A stretch of 64,000 nt of DNA from positions 2,707 through 66,706 of the forward strand of contig JBHHVD010000003.1 of NCBI GenBank assembly GCA_046754105.1, read 5' to 3'. Below, piece by piece: positions 18,675 to 28,593 of this stretch. This DNA comes from Candidatus Krumholzibacteriia bacterium. GTDB taxonomy: Bacteria > Krumholzibacteriota > Krumholzibacteriia > WVZY01. Under the pieces are notes generated by a model. It saw only the letters and a list, made by a program, of their open reading frames with translations, ran no database searches and was not told where the DNA came from. Both the position numbers and the translations under genes were made by a program. The stretch's first letter is position 1. Every line of letters starts with the position of its first letter.

Positions 18675-19121
18675 CTATGGCTTCGGCGAGCCGGGGTCCT
18701 TTTCACACGCTTTCTCGAGTTCGACGCACACGCCGCCGCCCGAGCTACGCGAATACCTCAGCTTATCGGTAAAGGCGCTCATTATAAGTATGCCTCTGCC
18801 TCGCTCGCTGAGAGGATCCGGTGGGGTCGAATCGGAGAGATACCCATCGTAGTCGAAACCGTCGCCTTCGTCCTCGACGCACGCGATGAGCTTGCGTCCG
18901 TTCACGGAAATAGCCACGCGCACCGTCTTGCCCTTGTCGTACTTGTTCCCGTGCTCTATGGCGTTGGAGCAGGCCTCGACGAGCGCCGTGCTGAAATCGT
19001 TGATCCATCGCTGCCCGCACGATAACTCTCGGGCCAGGTCCTGGATAGCTGCGTCTACGGCGCCCAGGTACTTGAAATCGCTGGGAATGCTGAACTCCAT
19101 CTTCTCTTGGTGAACGGCCAT
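18675..19121 (-). CDS. Anti-sigma regulatory factor (RsbW/SpoIIAB-like Ser/Thr protein kinase, HATPase_c)
   Basis: 148 aa. EACSNAIEHG (N-box) and DEGDGFD (G-box) are typical of GHKL partner-switching kinases. Confidence 0.8.
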   Translation of the reverse strand: MAVHQEKMEFSIPSDFKYLGAVDAAIQDLARELSCGQRWINDFSTALVEACSNAIEHGNKYDKGKTVRVAISVNGRKLIACVEDEGDGFDYDGYLSDSTPPDPLSERGRGILIMSAFTDKLRYSRSSGGGVCVELEKACEKDPGSPKP

Positions 19122-19141
19122 CGGTGGGTGAATCCTGGAGA

Positions 19142-19498
19142 CTATTTCTGCTCTTTTTCTTTCCGGAAATGTTCCGCCGCTTCGTCTTCGTTCTCGAACA
19201 CGGGAAATAACAAGTTGAGCTTGGTCACGTAGAGAATGCTGTCGATTCTGTCACCGACGTTGCACAGGACGAGATCGCCCCCGGCCTTGCGGACCGACGA
19301 GTAACCGGCGATCAGGATGCCGAGCCCCGTGCTGTTGATCCAGTCGACTTTCTTGAGATTAATGATAATATTCCGCTTGCCTTGATCGACCAGCGATTTG
19401 AAAAGATCGCGAAACGTCTCCGCTTCCGGTCCACCGGTGAGCTTGCCGTTCAATTCCAGAACGGCCGCCCCGTATTTTTCTTTCTGGGTGACCTTCAA
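19142..19498 (-). CDS. STAS-domain anti-sigma factor antagonist
   Basis: 118 aa. LELNGKLTGG...INLKKVDWINSTGLGILIAGY is a SpoIIAA/RsbV-like STAS domain with a conserved Ser/Thr phosphosite region. Confidence 0.85.
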   Translation of the reverse strand: MKVTQKEKYGAAVLELNGKLTGGPEAETFRDLFKSLVDQGKRNIIINLKKVDWINSTGLGILIAGYSSVRKAGGDLVLCNVGDRIDSILYVTKLNLLFPVFENEDEAAEHFRKEKEQK

Positions 19499-19597
19499 TG
19501 TCCTGCCTCCTTAATGGGCACACCGCCCTCGAAAACCTCGCCCCGACCGGGTCGCCTTCCTGCCTCACCGGACAGGACGGGCCCTGGTGCGTCGGCT

Positions 19598-19942
19598 TCA
19601 AGAGGCGGCGATTTTCTTGATCGCTTCCTCTTCGGTATCGAGAATCTCAAAAATGTCGTAGAGCCGCATGACGTTGAATATCTGATGCGTACGCTCGCCC
19701 ACGTTGACGAGGATGAACCGTCCACCGGCTTCGCAGATCGTCTTGTATCCCCGAATCATAATGCCGATACCCGTACTCGCGATCCAGTCAACCCCGCTGA
19801 GGTTGAGGATAACGTTCTTCTTGCCCTCCTCCACCAACCCCCTGAACATGTCACGAAACGCCTCGGCCTCCGGGCCTCCAGTGAGCTTTCCACTAATATC
19901 GATCGCGACTGCTCCATCGACGTCGCGTTGGCTGAATTTCAA
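19598..19942 (-). CDS. STAS-domain anti-sigma factor antagonist (second paralog)
   Basis: Paralog of 19142..19498 (IDISGKLTGG...LNLSGVDWIASTGIGIMIRGY). Start placed at a TTG with AAGGAGG 8 nt upstream; the longer ORF in the track has no supporting RBS. Confidence 0.75.
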   Translation of the reverse strand: MKFSQRDVDGAVAIDISGKLTGGPEAEAFRDMFRGLVEEGKKNVILNLSGVDWIASTGIGIMIRGYKTICEAGGRFILVNVGERTHQIFNVMRLYDIFEILDTEEEAIKKIAAS

Positions 19943-19946
19943 TTCC

Positions 19947-20945
19947 TTAGCCTCCTTGAACGGGGGTTCCACCGTACAGAACTTCCAGCGTACACCGCAT
20001 GTCCCCGGGCAGCGCCGTCCTGAAATCCAGACGTTCTCCAGATGCTGGATGCACAAAAGCCAGGTTCGACGCGTGGAGTGCTTGCCGCGGCATCACCTGC
20101 TGAACCGAACGGATATGAGCCCGAGTTCTCGCGTTCGACGGAAGCCCTTTCCGGCGGCGCCCGCCGTAGACATCGTCACCTAGAATCGGGTGTGATGCGT
20201 GTGTTAGATGCACGCGGATCTGGTGGGTTCGGCCCGTCAAGGTAACGACCCGAATATAGTCGAAATATTCAAAGCTGTCTACCACAAACACTTCCGTGAT
20301 CGCGGCCTTGCCGCCCCGGCGCGCGACCGCCATCTTCTTGCGGTGGACGGGATGCCGCGATATCGGCGCATCGATGGTCTGCCGGCGCGGCGTGAGGTTT
20401 CCCCACACGATGGCATGATACGTCTTGTGGAACCCCCCCGTACGAACCTGCTCGCTGAGTCCCCGGTACGCCCGATCGCTCTTCGCGGCGACGATCAACC
20501 CCGACGTATCCTTATCCAGGCGATGCACGATGCCCGGGCGGTCCTCACCACCCAGGGCGGACAGCCGGCTGCCCCGTCCGAGGATGGCATTCACCATCGT
20601 GCCGTCTTCGTTTCCATACGCGGGGTGCACGACGAGCCCCGCGTCCTTGTTGACGACGAGGATGTCGTCGTCCTCCCACACCACCCGCAGCGGAATGTCC
20701 TGGGGCTTCGGTGGATCCGCCTGCGGCCGCACGGCTACGGTTACGCGCACCGTCTCCCCCGTCTTCAGCAGGTAGTGGCCGGGACGGCGAACGCCGTCCA
20801 CCTCGATGGCGCCTTCCCTGTTGATTCTCTGGACTTGACTTCGCGACAGGAGGGGAATGTTTGCGGCGCAGAAGACGTCGAGCCGCCGGCCCGCAGCGTC
20901 CGGCCCAACGGGTAATACCTCTTCGTTATTCTTCTCCGCCGTCAC
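19947..20945 (-). CDS. rluD: RluA-family 23S rRNA pseudouridine synthase (RluD-like)
   Basis: S4 domain plus catalytic motif HRLDKDTSGLIVAAK; typical length of 332 aa. Confidence 0.9.
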   Translation of the reverse strand: MTAEKNNEEVLPVGPDAAGRRLDVFCAANIPLLSRSQVQRINREGAIEVDGVRRPGHYLLKTGETVRVTVAVRPQADPPKPQDIPLRVVWEDDDILVVNKDAGLVVHPAYGNEDGTMVNAILGRGSRLSALGGEDRPGIVHRLDKDTSGLIVAAKSDRAYRGLSEQVRTGGFHKTYHAIVWGNLTPRRQTIDAPISRHPVHRKKMAVARRGGKAAITEVFVVDSFEYFDYIRVVTLTGRTHQIRVHLTHASHPILGDDVYGGRRRKGLPSNARTRAHIRSVQQVMPRQALHASNLAFVHPASGERLDFRTALPGDMRCTLEVLYGGTPVQGG

Positions 20946-21375
20946 GAGAGCGCGAGACGCTGAGGATGAGGAGCACTCCGCCGATGGTCACCGCGGAATC
21001 CGCTATATTATAGACGGGCCACCGGTACGCCGGTATGCCCATGTCGATGAAGTCGATAACCTGGCCGGGGTAGATGCGGTCGATGAGGTTGCCCAGCGCG
21101 CCACCGAGGATCATGCCGAGAAACACGCGCCGGGCGAGCTGCTCGGCCGGCAGGCGCTGCACGACGAAAATGATCAAGATCGACGCCAGAACGCTCATCA
21201 CGATCAGGAATCCGCGACCGTCCTGGAGCATTCCAAACGCCGCGCCGGAATTCCGTACCAGCGTCACGCGGAAGAAACCGTCGATTACGTCGAAGTTGCG
21301 CCCCAGGTGCCAGAAGAACTGCTTGGTCACCTGGTCGAGGATGACAACGATCACCGCTGGCAGAACGAAACCCAC
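20926..21375 (-). CDS. lspA: Lipoprotein signal peptidase II
   Basis: 149 aa with four TM segments and the conserved motifs NSGAAFG and FNIADSAVTIG. Classic ileS-lspA linkage. Confidence 0.9.
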   Translation of the reverse strand: MGFVLPAVIVVILDQVTKQFFWHLGRNFDVIDGFFRVTLVRNSGAAFGMLQDGRGFLIVMSVLASILIIFVVQRLPAEQLARRVFLGMILGGALGNLIDRIYPGQVIDFIDMGIPAYRWPVYNIADSAVTIGGVLLILSVSRSRDGGEE

Positions 21376-21377
21376 GC

Positions 21378-21755
21378 CTAGCTCCTCTGGAATTTTTCCT
21401 GCTCGGACTTGCAGGTGATACAGAGGCGGGCCGCCAGGTAAGCCTCCAGGCGTTTCACCGGGATTTTACCGGCGCAGATTTCGCACACTCCGTACTTGCC
21501 GGCCTCGATCCGTTTGAGCGCCTCGTCGAGCGCCCGCAGGTAATCGGCGCCCTGGCTGGCATGCAGGAACGCTTGCTCCTGCTCCATGGCGTCGCTGCCT
21601 ACGTCCGCCATATGATTGGAATAGCTCTGATTGCCGGCCGACTGGCTCGCCGTCCTGTCCGAGATTCCCTCACCGATGACGTCGAGCTTACCCGCGACCC
21701 GTCCTCGCTCGGCTTCAATCCGTTTCTTGAAACGGGCCAGGTCCTTCTTGTTCAT
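21378..21755 (-). CDS. DksA/TraR family C4-type zinc-finger protein
   Basis: 125 aa. An N-terminal coiled-coil region is followed by C-x2-C-x17-C-x2-C (CEICAGKIP...CITCK). Confidence 0.8.
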   Translation of the reverse strand: MNKKDLARFKKRIEAERGRVAGKLDVIGEGISDRTASQSAGNQSYSNHMADVGSDAMEQEQAFLHASQGADYLRALDEALKRIEAGKYGVCEICAGKIPVKRLEAYLAARLCITCKSEQEKFQRS

Positions 21756-21844
21756 GCCAACCTCTTATCCATTAATCTGTTATGGCCGTGGGGCGCGGCC
21801 AGATCCAAGAGCGAAGATAAAATACGTGGGGCGTCTATCCCTTG

Positions 21845-24800
21845 TCAATCGGATTCTCGACGGATCCACAGGCGGATGGTCTCGCCGTCGACGTCCAGTT
21901 CGGTTCCCGGTCCCCAGTCCGCGGTTTTCTTCTCGGCGGAGACGGCCAGAGTCTCGCTACGGATGAGATCCCCCTCTTGCGCGAAGACGGTGTCGGCGGC
22001 GGTGCCACCGTCGTAGCGGATGTCGATACGGTCGCTGACGTGGTACCCCTTTTTCTTGCGCAGGTTCTGAACGCGGTTGACGATGTCGCGCGCGATACCT
22101 TCGAGCCGCAGGGCCTCGTCGATCTCCAGATCGAGCCCGACCGTCAGCCCGTGCTCACTCCAGGCGCCGTACGGTTCCCTGCCGCGGACGGACACCGACA
22201 CCTCATCCCTTCCCAGCTTCACGGCCCCGCTTCCGAGCGCGACGGTCAGCTCGCCGGAGCCGAGAAACGCTTCCAGATCCCCTTGCGCCACGGACTGAAG
22301 GCCCGCCGCCACTTCGGGCACCCGTTTGCCGAAGCGCTTTCCGAGCACCGGATACGCGGGAACGGCCTTCAAATCGACGTACTCCTTGAGATCCGCCGCC
22401 GGCAGCAATTCTTTTACGTGCAGTTCGTCGAGGACGATATCGCGTATCTCTTCGTGCCGGAGCAGGCGCCGCGATCGCCCGTCGTGGTCGTGGACCCGCA
22501 TGCGCGCGAGCGGCTGCCGGATCTTGACACCGGCCTCGTTACGTACCGTGCGTCCCAGCGCCGCCATTCTGATGGCCGTATCCATAGTCTCCTCGAGTTT
22601 GCCGTCGATCCGCCCCGGGTCGCTCCGCGGGAATGTCCCCAGGTGCACGCTCTCCTCCCCGCCCTGGTCCTCACCCGCCAGCGCGGCGCGCAGGGCCTGG
22701 TAGATCTCTTCGGCGACGAACGGCACAAACGGGGCCAGCATACGGACGGTGCCCTCGAGCACCGTGTGAAGCGTCTCGTAGGCCGCAATCTTGTCCGGGC
22801 CCATCTCGCCCTTCCAGAAACGTCGCCGCGACCGCCGCACGTACCAGTTGCTCAACTCATCGAGCACAAATGCCTGCAGCGCGCGGGCGGCGCGCGTCAT
22901 CTCGTAGGCGTCCAGCTGCCCGCGGACTTCCTCGGCCGTGCTGTGAAACCGCGACAGGATCCACCGGTCGAGCAGGTTCGGCTCGCCCTCTTGCCCTCCC
23001 GGACGGTAGTCGTCCAGCTCGGCATACATGGCAAAGAACGAGTAGACGTTGCGCAGCGTGCCCATGAGCTTTTGTGACGCGTCCACTACGCCCTTGCGGT
23101 CGAACCGCGTCGGGAGCCACGGCGGGCTGTTGGCAATCAGGTACCAGCGAAGCGCATCGGCCCCCTCCTTGCCGAGGACTTCCCACGGCTCCACGACGTT
23201 TCCGCGGCTCTTGGACATCTTCTGACCCTTCTTATCGAGGATCAGCTCGGTGACGACACAACTGCGGTACGGCGATTGTCCCTTCAGGAAAACGGCGATG
23301 GCGAGCAGCGAATAAAACCACCCGCGGGACTGGTCGATGCCCTCACATATATAATGAGCGGGAAACTGGTCCTCGAACATTCTGTCCTCGTCGAACGGAA
23401 AGTGGTACTGGGCGAACGGCATGCTGCCCGAATCGAACCACGCGTCGATCACCTCCGGTACGCGTTTCATGGGGCCGCCGCACCCGGGGCACTTCAGACG
23501 GTAGCCGTCGACCTGCGGGCGGTGCAGGTCGAGCGCCTCGCCTTCGGGGATGTTCTCACCCAGTTCCCGCAGTTCCTCGATCGTGCCCACGGCGTGGGTT
23601 CGCTCGCACTCGCCGCACAGCCAGATGTTCAGGGGGGTTCCCCAGTAACGCTCGCGGCTCAACGCCCAGTCGACGTTGTTTTCCAGCCAGTTGCCGAAGC
23701 GGTACTCACCCACCTCCCTTGGCACCCATTCGATCGCTTTGTTGGCCGCGATCATCTCGTCTTTGAAAGCCGTGGTCTTTACGTACCACGAGCGGCGGGC
23801 GTAGTAGATCAGCGGCGTCGTACACCGCCAGCAAAACGGGTACGAGTGCTTGATGCGTTCGCCGCGGTAGAGCTTGCCATCCCTCTGCAGCGTCTCGATG
23901 ATCTGCGGGTCCGCGTCCTTTATCCACTTGCCCGCCCAGGGGGTTATATCCGGTGTAAAGGTGCCGCGCGACGTCACCGGCTGCGTGATCGGAATACCGG
24001 CCGTCTGGCACAGGCGGTAGTCGTCTTCGCCGAACGCCGGCGCGATGTGCACGATACCGGTGCCGTCCTCGAGGCTGACGAAGTCGGCGCCGAGCACGAC
24101 GAACGCGTTCTCCTCGTCCTTGAAGAAATCGAACAGCGGCTCGTAGCGCTTGCCGACGAGCTCGCTGCCCTTGATCCGGCCGCGGACGTCGTAGTCGCCT
24201 TCGAGCACGCCGAGGAGCGCCTCGGCGAGGATCAGCGTCTCGCCCCGGTGCTCCACCCGGACGTAATCGTGATCCGGCCCTACGGCGAGGGCCATGTTGG
24301 AAATCAGAGTCCACGGCGTCGTCGTCCACACCAGAAAACGATCGTCGCCGTCGGCCAGTTTGAACTTGATGAAAATCGACGGGTCCGACACATCCCGGTA
24401 GCCGAGACTCACCTCGTGACTACTCAGTGAGGTTTCGCAGCGAGGGCAGTAGGGGACGATCTTGTGCCCCTCGTAGAGGAGATCTTTTTTCCAGAACTCC
24501 TTGAGGATCCACCAGACGCTCTCGATGTACTGGTTGGTGCACGTAATGTAGGGATCCCGCATATCGAGCCAGTAACCGATGCGCTTGGTGAACTCTACCC
24601 AGTCCTTTTCGTACTTGAAGACGCTCTCGCGGCTCTTGCGGTTGAACTCGCCGATGCCGAACGCCTCTATCTCTTCCTTGCTCTTTATACCCAGCTCTTT
24701 TTCGACTTCGATCTCGACGGGGAGCCCGTGCGTGTCCCACCCGCCTTTGCGGATGACCTGGTACCCGAGCATCGTCTTGTAACGGCAGATGATGTCCTTG

Positions 24801-25006
24801 CACAGGCGCGCCATGACGTGATGCACCCCCGGCTTGCCGTTGGCCGTCGGCGGACCCTCGTAGAACACGAAACGCTCGCTGCCCTCGCGTTCCTCGACGC
24901 TGCGTTCGAACGCCCGGGTGCGGTCCCAGAGATCGATAATGGCGTTCTCGGCCTCGGGGATACGGTCGGGCGTCGCGATGGATTTGAACCGTCCTTCTTT
25001 CATCAT
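21845..25006 (-). CDS. ileS: Isoleucine--tRNA ligase
   Basis: Contains HMGH-type motif PPTANGKPGVHHV and KMSKS (KMSKSRGN). Editing domain present; about 1050 aa. Start at MMKEGRFK. Confidence 0.95.
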   Translation of the reverse strand: MMKEGRFKSIATPDRIPEAENAIIDLWDRTRAFERSVEEREGSERFVFYEGPPTANGKPGVHHVMARLCKDIICRYKTMLGYQVIRKGGWDTHGLPVEIEVEKELGIKSKEEIEAFGIGEFNRKSRESVFKYEKDWVEFTKRIGYWLDMRDPYITCTNQYIESVWWILKEFWKKDLLYEGHKIVPYCPRCETSLSSHEVSLGYRDVSDPSIFIKFKLADGDDRFLVWTTTPWTLISNMALAVGPDHDYVRVEHRGETLILAEALLGVLEGDYDVRGRIKGSELVGKRYEPLFDFFKDEENAFVVLGADFVSLEDGTGIVHIAPAFGEDDYRLCQTAGIPITQPVTSRGTFTPDITPWAGKWIKDADPQIIETLQRDGKLYRGERIKHSYPFCWRCTTPLIYYARRSWYVKTTAFKDEMIAANKAIEWVPREVGEYRFGNWLENNVDWALSRERYWGTPLNIWLCGECERTHAVGTIEELRELGENIPEGEALDLHRPQVDGYRLKCPGCGGPMKRVPEVIDAWFDSGSMPFAQYHFPFDEDRMFEDQFPAHYICEGIDQSRGWFYSLLAIAVFLKGQSPYRSCVVTELILDKKGQKMSKSRGNVVEPWEVLGKEGADALRWYLIANSPPWLPTRFDRKGVVDASQKLMGTLRNVYSFFAMYAELDDYRPGGQEGEPNLLDRWILSRFHSTAEEVRGQLDAYEMTRAARALQAFVLDELSNWYVRRSRRRFWKGEMGPDKIAAYETLHTVLEGTVRMLAPFVPFVAEEIYQALRAALAGEDQGGEESVHLGTFPRSDPGRIDGKLEETMDTAIRMAALGRTVRNEAGVKIRQPLARMRVHDHDGRSRRLLRHEEIRDIVLDELHVKELLPAADLKEYVDLKAVPAYPVLGKRFGKRVPEVAAGLQSVAQGDLEAFLGSGELTVALGSGAVKLGRDEVSVSVRGREPYGAWSEHGLTVGLDLEIDEALRLEGIARDIVNRVQNLRKKKGYHVSDRIDIRYDGGTAADTVFAQEGDLIRSETLAVSAEKKTADWGPGTELDVDGETIRLWIRRESD

Positions 25007-25014
25007 GGCGGGGG

Positions 25015-25836
25015 CTACATCTGGCGGAGATAGTGCATCACGAGGTCGCGCAAGGTCGGCTCCGCCTTCTCCGCGATGGCGATGATTTCCTTGACGTTCG
25101 AAGGCTGCAGGTTGTCCGCGGGGCAAAGATCGGTCACGATCGACACCGCCAGCACGCGCATCCCCGCGTGGACCGCGACGATCGTCTCCGGCACCGTCGA
25201 CATGCCGACCACGTCCGCGCCCATGCGGCGCAGAAAACCGTATTCCGCGGCGGTCTCGAGGTTGGGCCCGGCGACCGCCGCCAACACGGCCCTTCGTACG
25301 GTGACCCCGTCCTCCAACGCGATTCTCTCGAAAAGCCGCCGCCGCTCGCTGGAGTAGGGCTCGGACATGTCCGGAAAGCGCTCGCCCAGGCGATCGTCGT
25401 TCCAGCCGATCAACGGATTGTCTCCCATGAGGTTGATGTGGTCGGTAAGCACAACGATGTCGCCCCGGTCCAGGTGCGGGCTCATTCCACCCACTGCGCT
25501 CGACATGATCAACTCGTTGGCGCCCAGTGCATGCATGACGCGCAGCGGAAACGTGAGCTCCTGCATCGAGTGACCCTCGTAATAATGGAGCCGGCCCTGC
25601 ATGGCTACCACGTCCTTGCCACCGAGCGATCCTGCGATGAGGTTGCCCGCGTGACCGAGACCCGTGGCGTCAACGCAATGCGGTATCTCTCCGTAGGGAA
25701 TCGCTGCCTCCGTCTCGATCGAATCGGCCATGCCCCCGAGACCGGTTCCGAGCACAAGGGCGAATCGCGGAGTCTTCGAAATCTTCTTCCGGATGTAGCC
25801 GGCGGCTTCTCGAACGTTATCGTAAAGATCTCTCAC
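25015..25836 (-). CDS. Purine nucleoside phosphorylase (PNP/MTAP family)
   Basis: Motifs ALVLGTGLG, HAGNLIAGSLGG, HYYEG and VGMSTVPE. GTG start with GGAGGAG 5 nt upstream. Confidence 0.85.
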   Translation of the reverse strand: MRDLYDNVREAAGYIRKKISKTPRFALVLGTGLGGMADSIETEAAIPYGEIPHCVDATGLGHAGNLIAGSLGGKDVVAMQGRLHYYEGHSMQELTFPLRVMHALGANELIMSSAVGGMSPHLDRGDIVVLTDHINLMGDNPLIGWNDDRLGERFPDMSEPYSSERRRLFERIALEDGVTVRRAVLAAVAGPNLETAAEYGFLRRMGADVVGMSTVPETIVAVHAGMRVLAVSIVTDLCPADNLQPSNVKEIIAIAEKAEPTLRDLVMHYLRQM

Positions 25837-25944
25837 CGCTTCTCCTCCAGTGGCCCGCGCCGTGGACGGCGCGCGGCTTCCCCCGGAGCGGGGCATGCTC
25901 CCCGCCCGGACGACCCATGTTAGTTTTGGGAATTCGGTATTCTA

Positions 25945-26238
25945 TCAGATGTCCGGAAGGCTTAAAAGTCGATTCTCGCACGATCGTGGGGCCGTGATAC
26001 GTTTCGTCCGGGAATGCACGCCGGATGTAATGATCAGTTCCGTCCGGGGTACGTGGAGAAACTTGGCGAGCAACTTGATGAGCTCTCGATTGGCGCCCTC
26101 GTCCACCGGCGGGGCCGTTACCCTGACCTGGAGGCGCCCGGTCTCGTCCCAACCGACGATTTCATCCCGGGACGCGCGGGGCTGAAGTCTCACCCGGATC
26201 GCGAGGCGTTCGTCGGCGACGTGTTCAATCTTTCTCAT
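25945..26238 (-). CDS. DUF167 (YggU) family protein
   Basis: 97 aa. LAIRVRLQPRASRDEIVGWDETGRLQVRVTAPPVDEGANRELIKLLAKFLHV fits the YggU pattern. Confidence 0.6.
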   Translation of the reverse strand: MRKIEHVADERLAIRVRLQPRASRDEIVGWDETGRLQVRVTAPPVDEGANRELIKLLAKFLHVPRTELIITSGVHSRTKRITAPRSCENRLLSLPDI

Positions 26239-27337
26239 CCTTCTTTTGCGAACGCGCCAGGATGTCGTTCTTGAGTCTGTCCAGCGACCACTCGCTGGGC
26301 TGCGCCTGCGCGGCCGTGGGGTCCAGGGCCGGTCCCTGGGCGGGTGCGACCGGGTTTGCTGCCGGTGCGGGCGCGGCCGGTGGCAGCTTTTCGACCAGTT
26401 TCGGGCCGGGCGGGTCTTCCGGGGCCGGCTCGGCAGCGGGCGGCTCGGGCCTTGCCGGGGCCGGCTCGGCGGCGGGCGGCGGCTCGGCCGGAGGCTTCGG
26501 AATCTCCGAGAATTCCGGCGGTTCGCCCGCGCCGGGGTCGGCTGCGGTCTTGCGTTTGCGGGCGCCCACGAGGCGCTCGAGGATATTGTTGAGCCGGGAC
26601 GACGTTTCGTCGGTCAGCACCGCGGTGCTCGTCCTGCCCCCGTCCGCGGCCGGTGCCTCGTCCCCCGCCGCCTGCTCTTTGCGCTCGGGCGCCGTCGGTA
26701 TCGGTGCGACACCGGGCGCCCGCTCGGGCGGTTGCGGGGGTGCTTCCGCCGGGACGACCTTTACTCGCGGGGTCTCCGCGCTCGCCGCCGTGGTTTGCGT
26801 TCCCGGGGTTGTCTTCCGTTTCGCGTCTCGGGGTTCGTCGGAGGCTTGTCTTCTCGCCCGCTTCTCGGCTTCACGATCCTCCTCGACAAAGTCCCTCTCG
26901 GCCGACTCGAGAAACTTCAGGTGGGATTCCACCATCATGCGCAGCCGCGAAAGGTACGTGTCCCGCTGCTGCCGGAGGGACTGGATCTCCTGGCGCAGTC
27001 GCTCGGCCGTCATCTTGATGTGTCGCACGCCCTTCTCGGCTTCCAGCTCGGCTTCCTTGCGGATCAGGTTCGCTTCGCGGCGGGCGTTGTCCTTGGACTC
27101 GACCGTCACCCGCTCCGCCGTCAGCAGGGTGTCGCGCAGCGTCTTCTCCATGTTGCGGTACTCCTGCACCTTGTCGTCGAGCTCGAGCACGCGCTCGCGC
27201 AGGGCCTTGTTATCGTTCAACACCGCCTCGTATTCGTCGGCAATCGTGCTCAAGAACGCGTACACCTCGTCCGAATCCAGCCCGCGCATCCCCTTCTTGA
27301 ATTCCTGTTTCCTTATGTCCAGCGGTGTCAAACGCAT
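26225..27337 (-). CDS. divIVA: DivIVA domain cell-division protein with long Pro/Ala/Glu-rich C-terminal extension
   Basis: The N-terminus MRLTPLDIRKQEFKKGMRGLDSDEVYAFL is the DivIVA signature, followed by a coiled coil. The C-terminal ~170 aa are low complexity (PAEPPPAAEPAPARPEPPAAEPAP...). Confidence 0.8.
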   Translation of the reverse strand: MRLTPLDIRKQEFKKGMRGLDSDEVYAFLSTIADEYEAVLNDNKALRERVLELDDKVQEYRNMEKTLRDTLLTAERVTVESKDNARREANLIRKEAELEAEKGVRHIKMTAERLRQEIQSLRQQRDTYLSRLRMMVESHLKFLESAERDFVEEDREAEKRARRQASDEPRDAKRKTTPGTQTTAASAETPRVKVVPAEAPPQPPERAPGVAPIPTAPERKEQAAGDEAPAADGGRTSTAVLTDETSSRLNNILERLVGARKRKTAADPGAGEPPEFSEIPKPPAEPPPAAEPAPARPEPPAAEPAPEDPPGPKLVEKLPPAAPAPAANPVAPAQGPALDPTAAQAQPSEWSLDRLKNDILARSQKKDEKD

Positions 27338-27714
27338 GTAGCTCCTCCCTCGAGACTGCGCCCTGCTGCTCGTTCGTGGCTGCCGGCGAGCTTCCCCGCC
27401 GCGCCAACTGCGCCGTGGCAATTACCCGTTGTGTGAGCTGCGTAGTATAGCCGTTCCACCGGCGGCTGCCTCGCGGTGCCGCGCGGGTGGGTACCCCAAA
27501 AATGCAAGTATTGCGCCAATCGCCCGGGCGCCGACCGTGCCTCTATTTTGTTGTTGTTATTATAGTTGACTCTAACACGCCGGCGAAGCCGCCGAGGTGT
27601 CCCCTCGAAGATACAACAATGCCGGAAATATGGTAGATTTTTTTCCCGCGCAGCGGCCGAGCGCTGTCGGATCCGGACCCCGTCCCGGTGGCAACCGGGG
27701 CCCGTCACGGACCG

Positions 27715-28434
27715 TCAGCGGCGGGGACCCAGGAGCACCCTGCCCAGGCGGACCAGGGTCGCCCCCTCCTCGATCGCGATCTCGAAATCATCCGACATCC
27801 CCATACTGACGTGCGGCACCGGGTTCGTGACGGCGCCTTCCACCTTGTGCTTCAAACGGAACAGCGACTGGAACGCCCGCCGGACCATCGCCTCATCGTC
27901 GGTCAGCGGCCCGATCGTCATCAGGCCTTCGAGCTGCACGCCTGGCAGCAGGGCGATCGCGTCGACGGCGGCCGGGACCTCCTCCGGCTCGAAACCGTGC
28001 TTGGTGAGCTCGCGCGACGTGTTGACCTCGAGCAGCACGCGCGTCGTTACTCCGCGTTCCCCGCTGAGTCGACTCACCGTCTCAGCCAGCTTCACGCGAT
28101 CCACCGAATGAATCAGCTCGCATTCGCCGACGACCTTCCCCGCTTTGTTCCGCTGAAGCGTGCCGACGAGGTGCCAGCGGCATGGACGCGTGACCTCGGC
28201 TTTTTTCTTCAGGAACTCCTGGACGCGGTTTTCTCCGATATCCGAAACGCCGGCTGCAACGACCGCGTCTACCGCCTGCGGGCCGTGGGTCTTGGTCACG
28301 GCGACGACGGTCACCTCATCCACGCGCCGTCCCACGCGCTGGCAGGCAAGCTCGATCCGTTCGTTGACCCGTTCGAGGTTTTCCCTGATGACGTCCGTCG
28401 ACACGGCGACTCCTCTCGACAACAATTCCGCCAC
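27715..28434 (-). CDS. yggS: YggS family pyridoxal-phosphate homeostasis protein
   Basis: 239 aa. VVAVTKTH (PLP Lys), HLVGTLQRNK and GMSDDFEIAIEEGAT are hallmark YggS motifs. Confidence 0.9.
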   Translation of the reverse strand: MAELLSRGVAVSTDVIRENLERVNERIELACQRVGRRVDEVTVVAVTKTHGPQAVDAVVAAGVSDIGENRVQEFLKKKAEVTRPCRWHLVGTLQRNKAGKVVGECELIHSVDRVKLAETVSRLSGERGVTTRVLLEVNTSRELTKHGFEPEEVPAAVDAIALLPGVQLEGLMTIGPLTDDEAMVRRAFQSLFRLKHKVEGAVTNPVPHVSMGMSDDFEIAIEEGATLVRLGRVLLGPRR

Positions 28435-28534
28435 GACACCGCCCCGGCTCCCTTCCGGGGGGGGTAAGACTCCCCTATTTAAAAACGTTCGGCCGCCGCG
28501 TTACAAATTATTTTTTTCACATATCAGGTACTGC

Positions 28535-28563
28535 TTGACTGTCGGTTTTGGAGCAAATATCAT
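28535..28563 (+). promoter_or_regulatory. Sigma70-like promoter of the nrdAB operon (-35 TTGACT, 17-bp spacer, -10 TATCAT)
   Basis: The hexamers lie in an AT-rich stretch about 105 bp upstream of the nrdA ATG. Confidence 0.45.
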
Positions 28564-28593
28564 CGCCTCCGCACCTTTGGGAAATCCCAGTGA

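Noticed and set aside
21842-23077. 411-aa plus-strand ORF and other antisense ORFs across 21.8-25.1 kb
   Set aside because: They are antisense to ileS, which has unambiguous class I aaRS motifs.
26246-27436. Two overlapping ~360-400-aa plus-strand ORFs
   Set aside because: They are antisense to DivIVA. The Gly/Arg/Ser-rich translations mirror the Pro/Ala-rich DivIVA tail.
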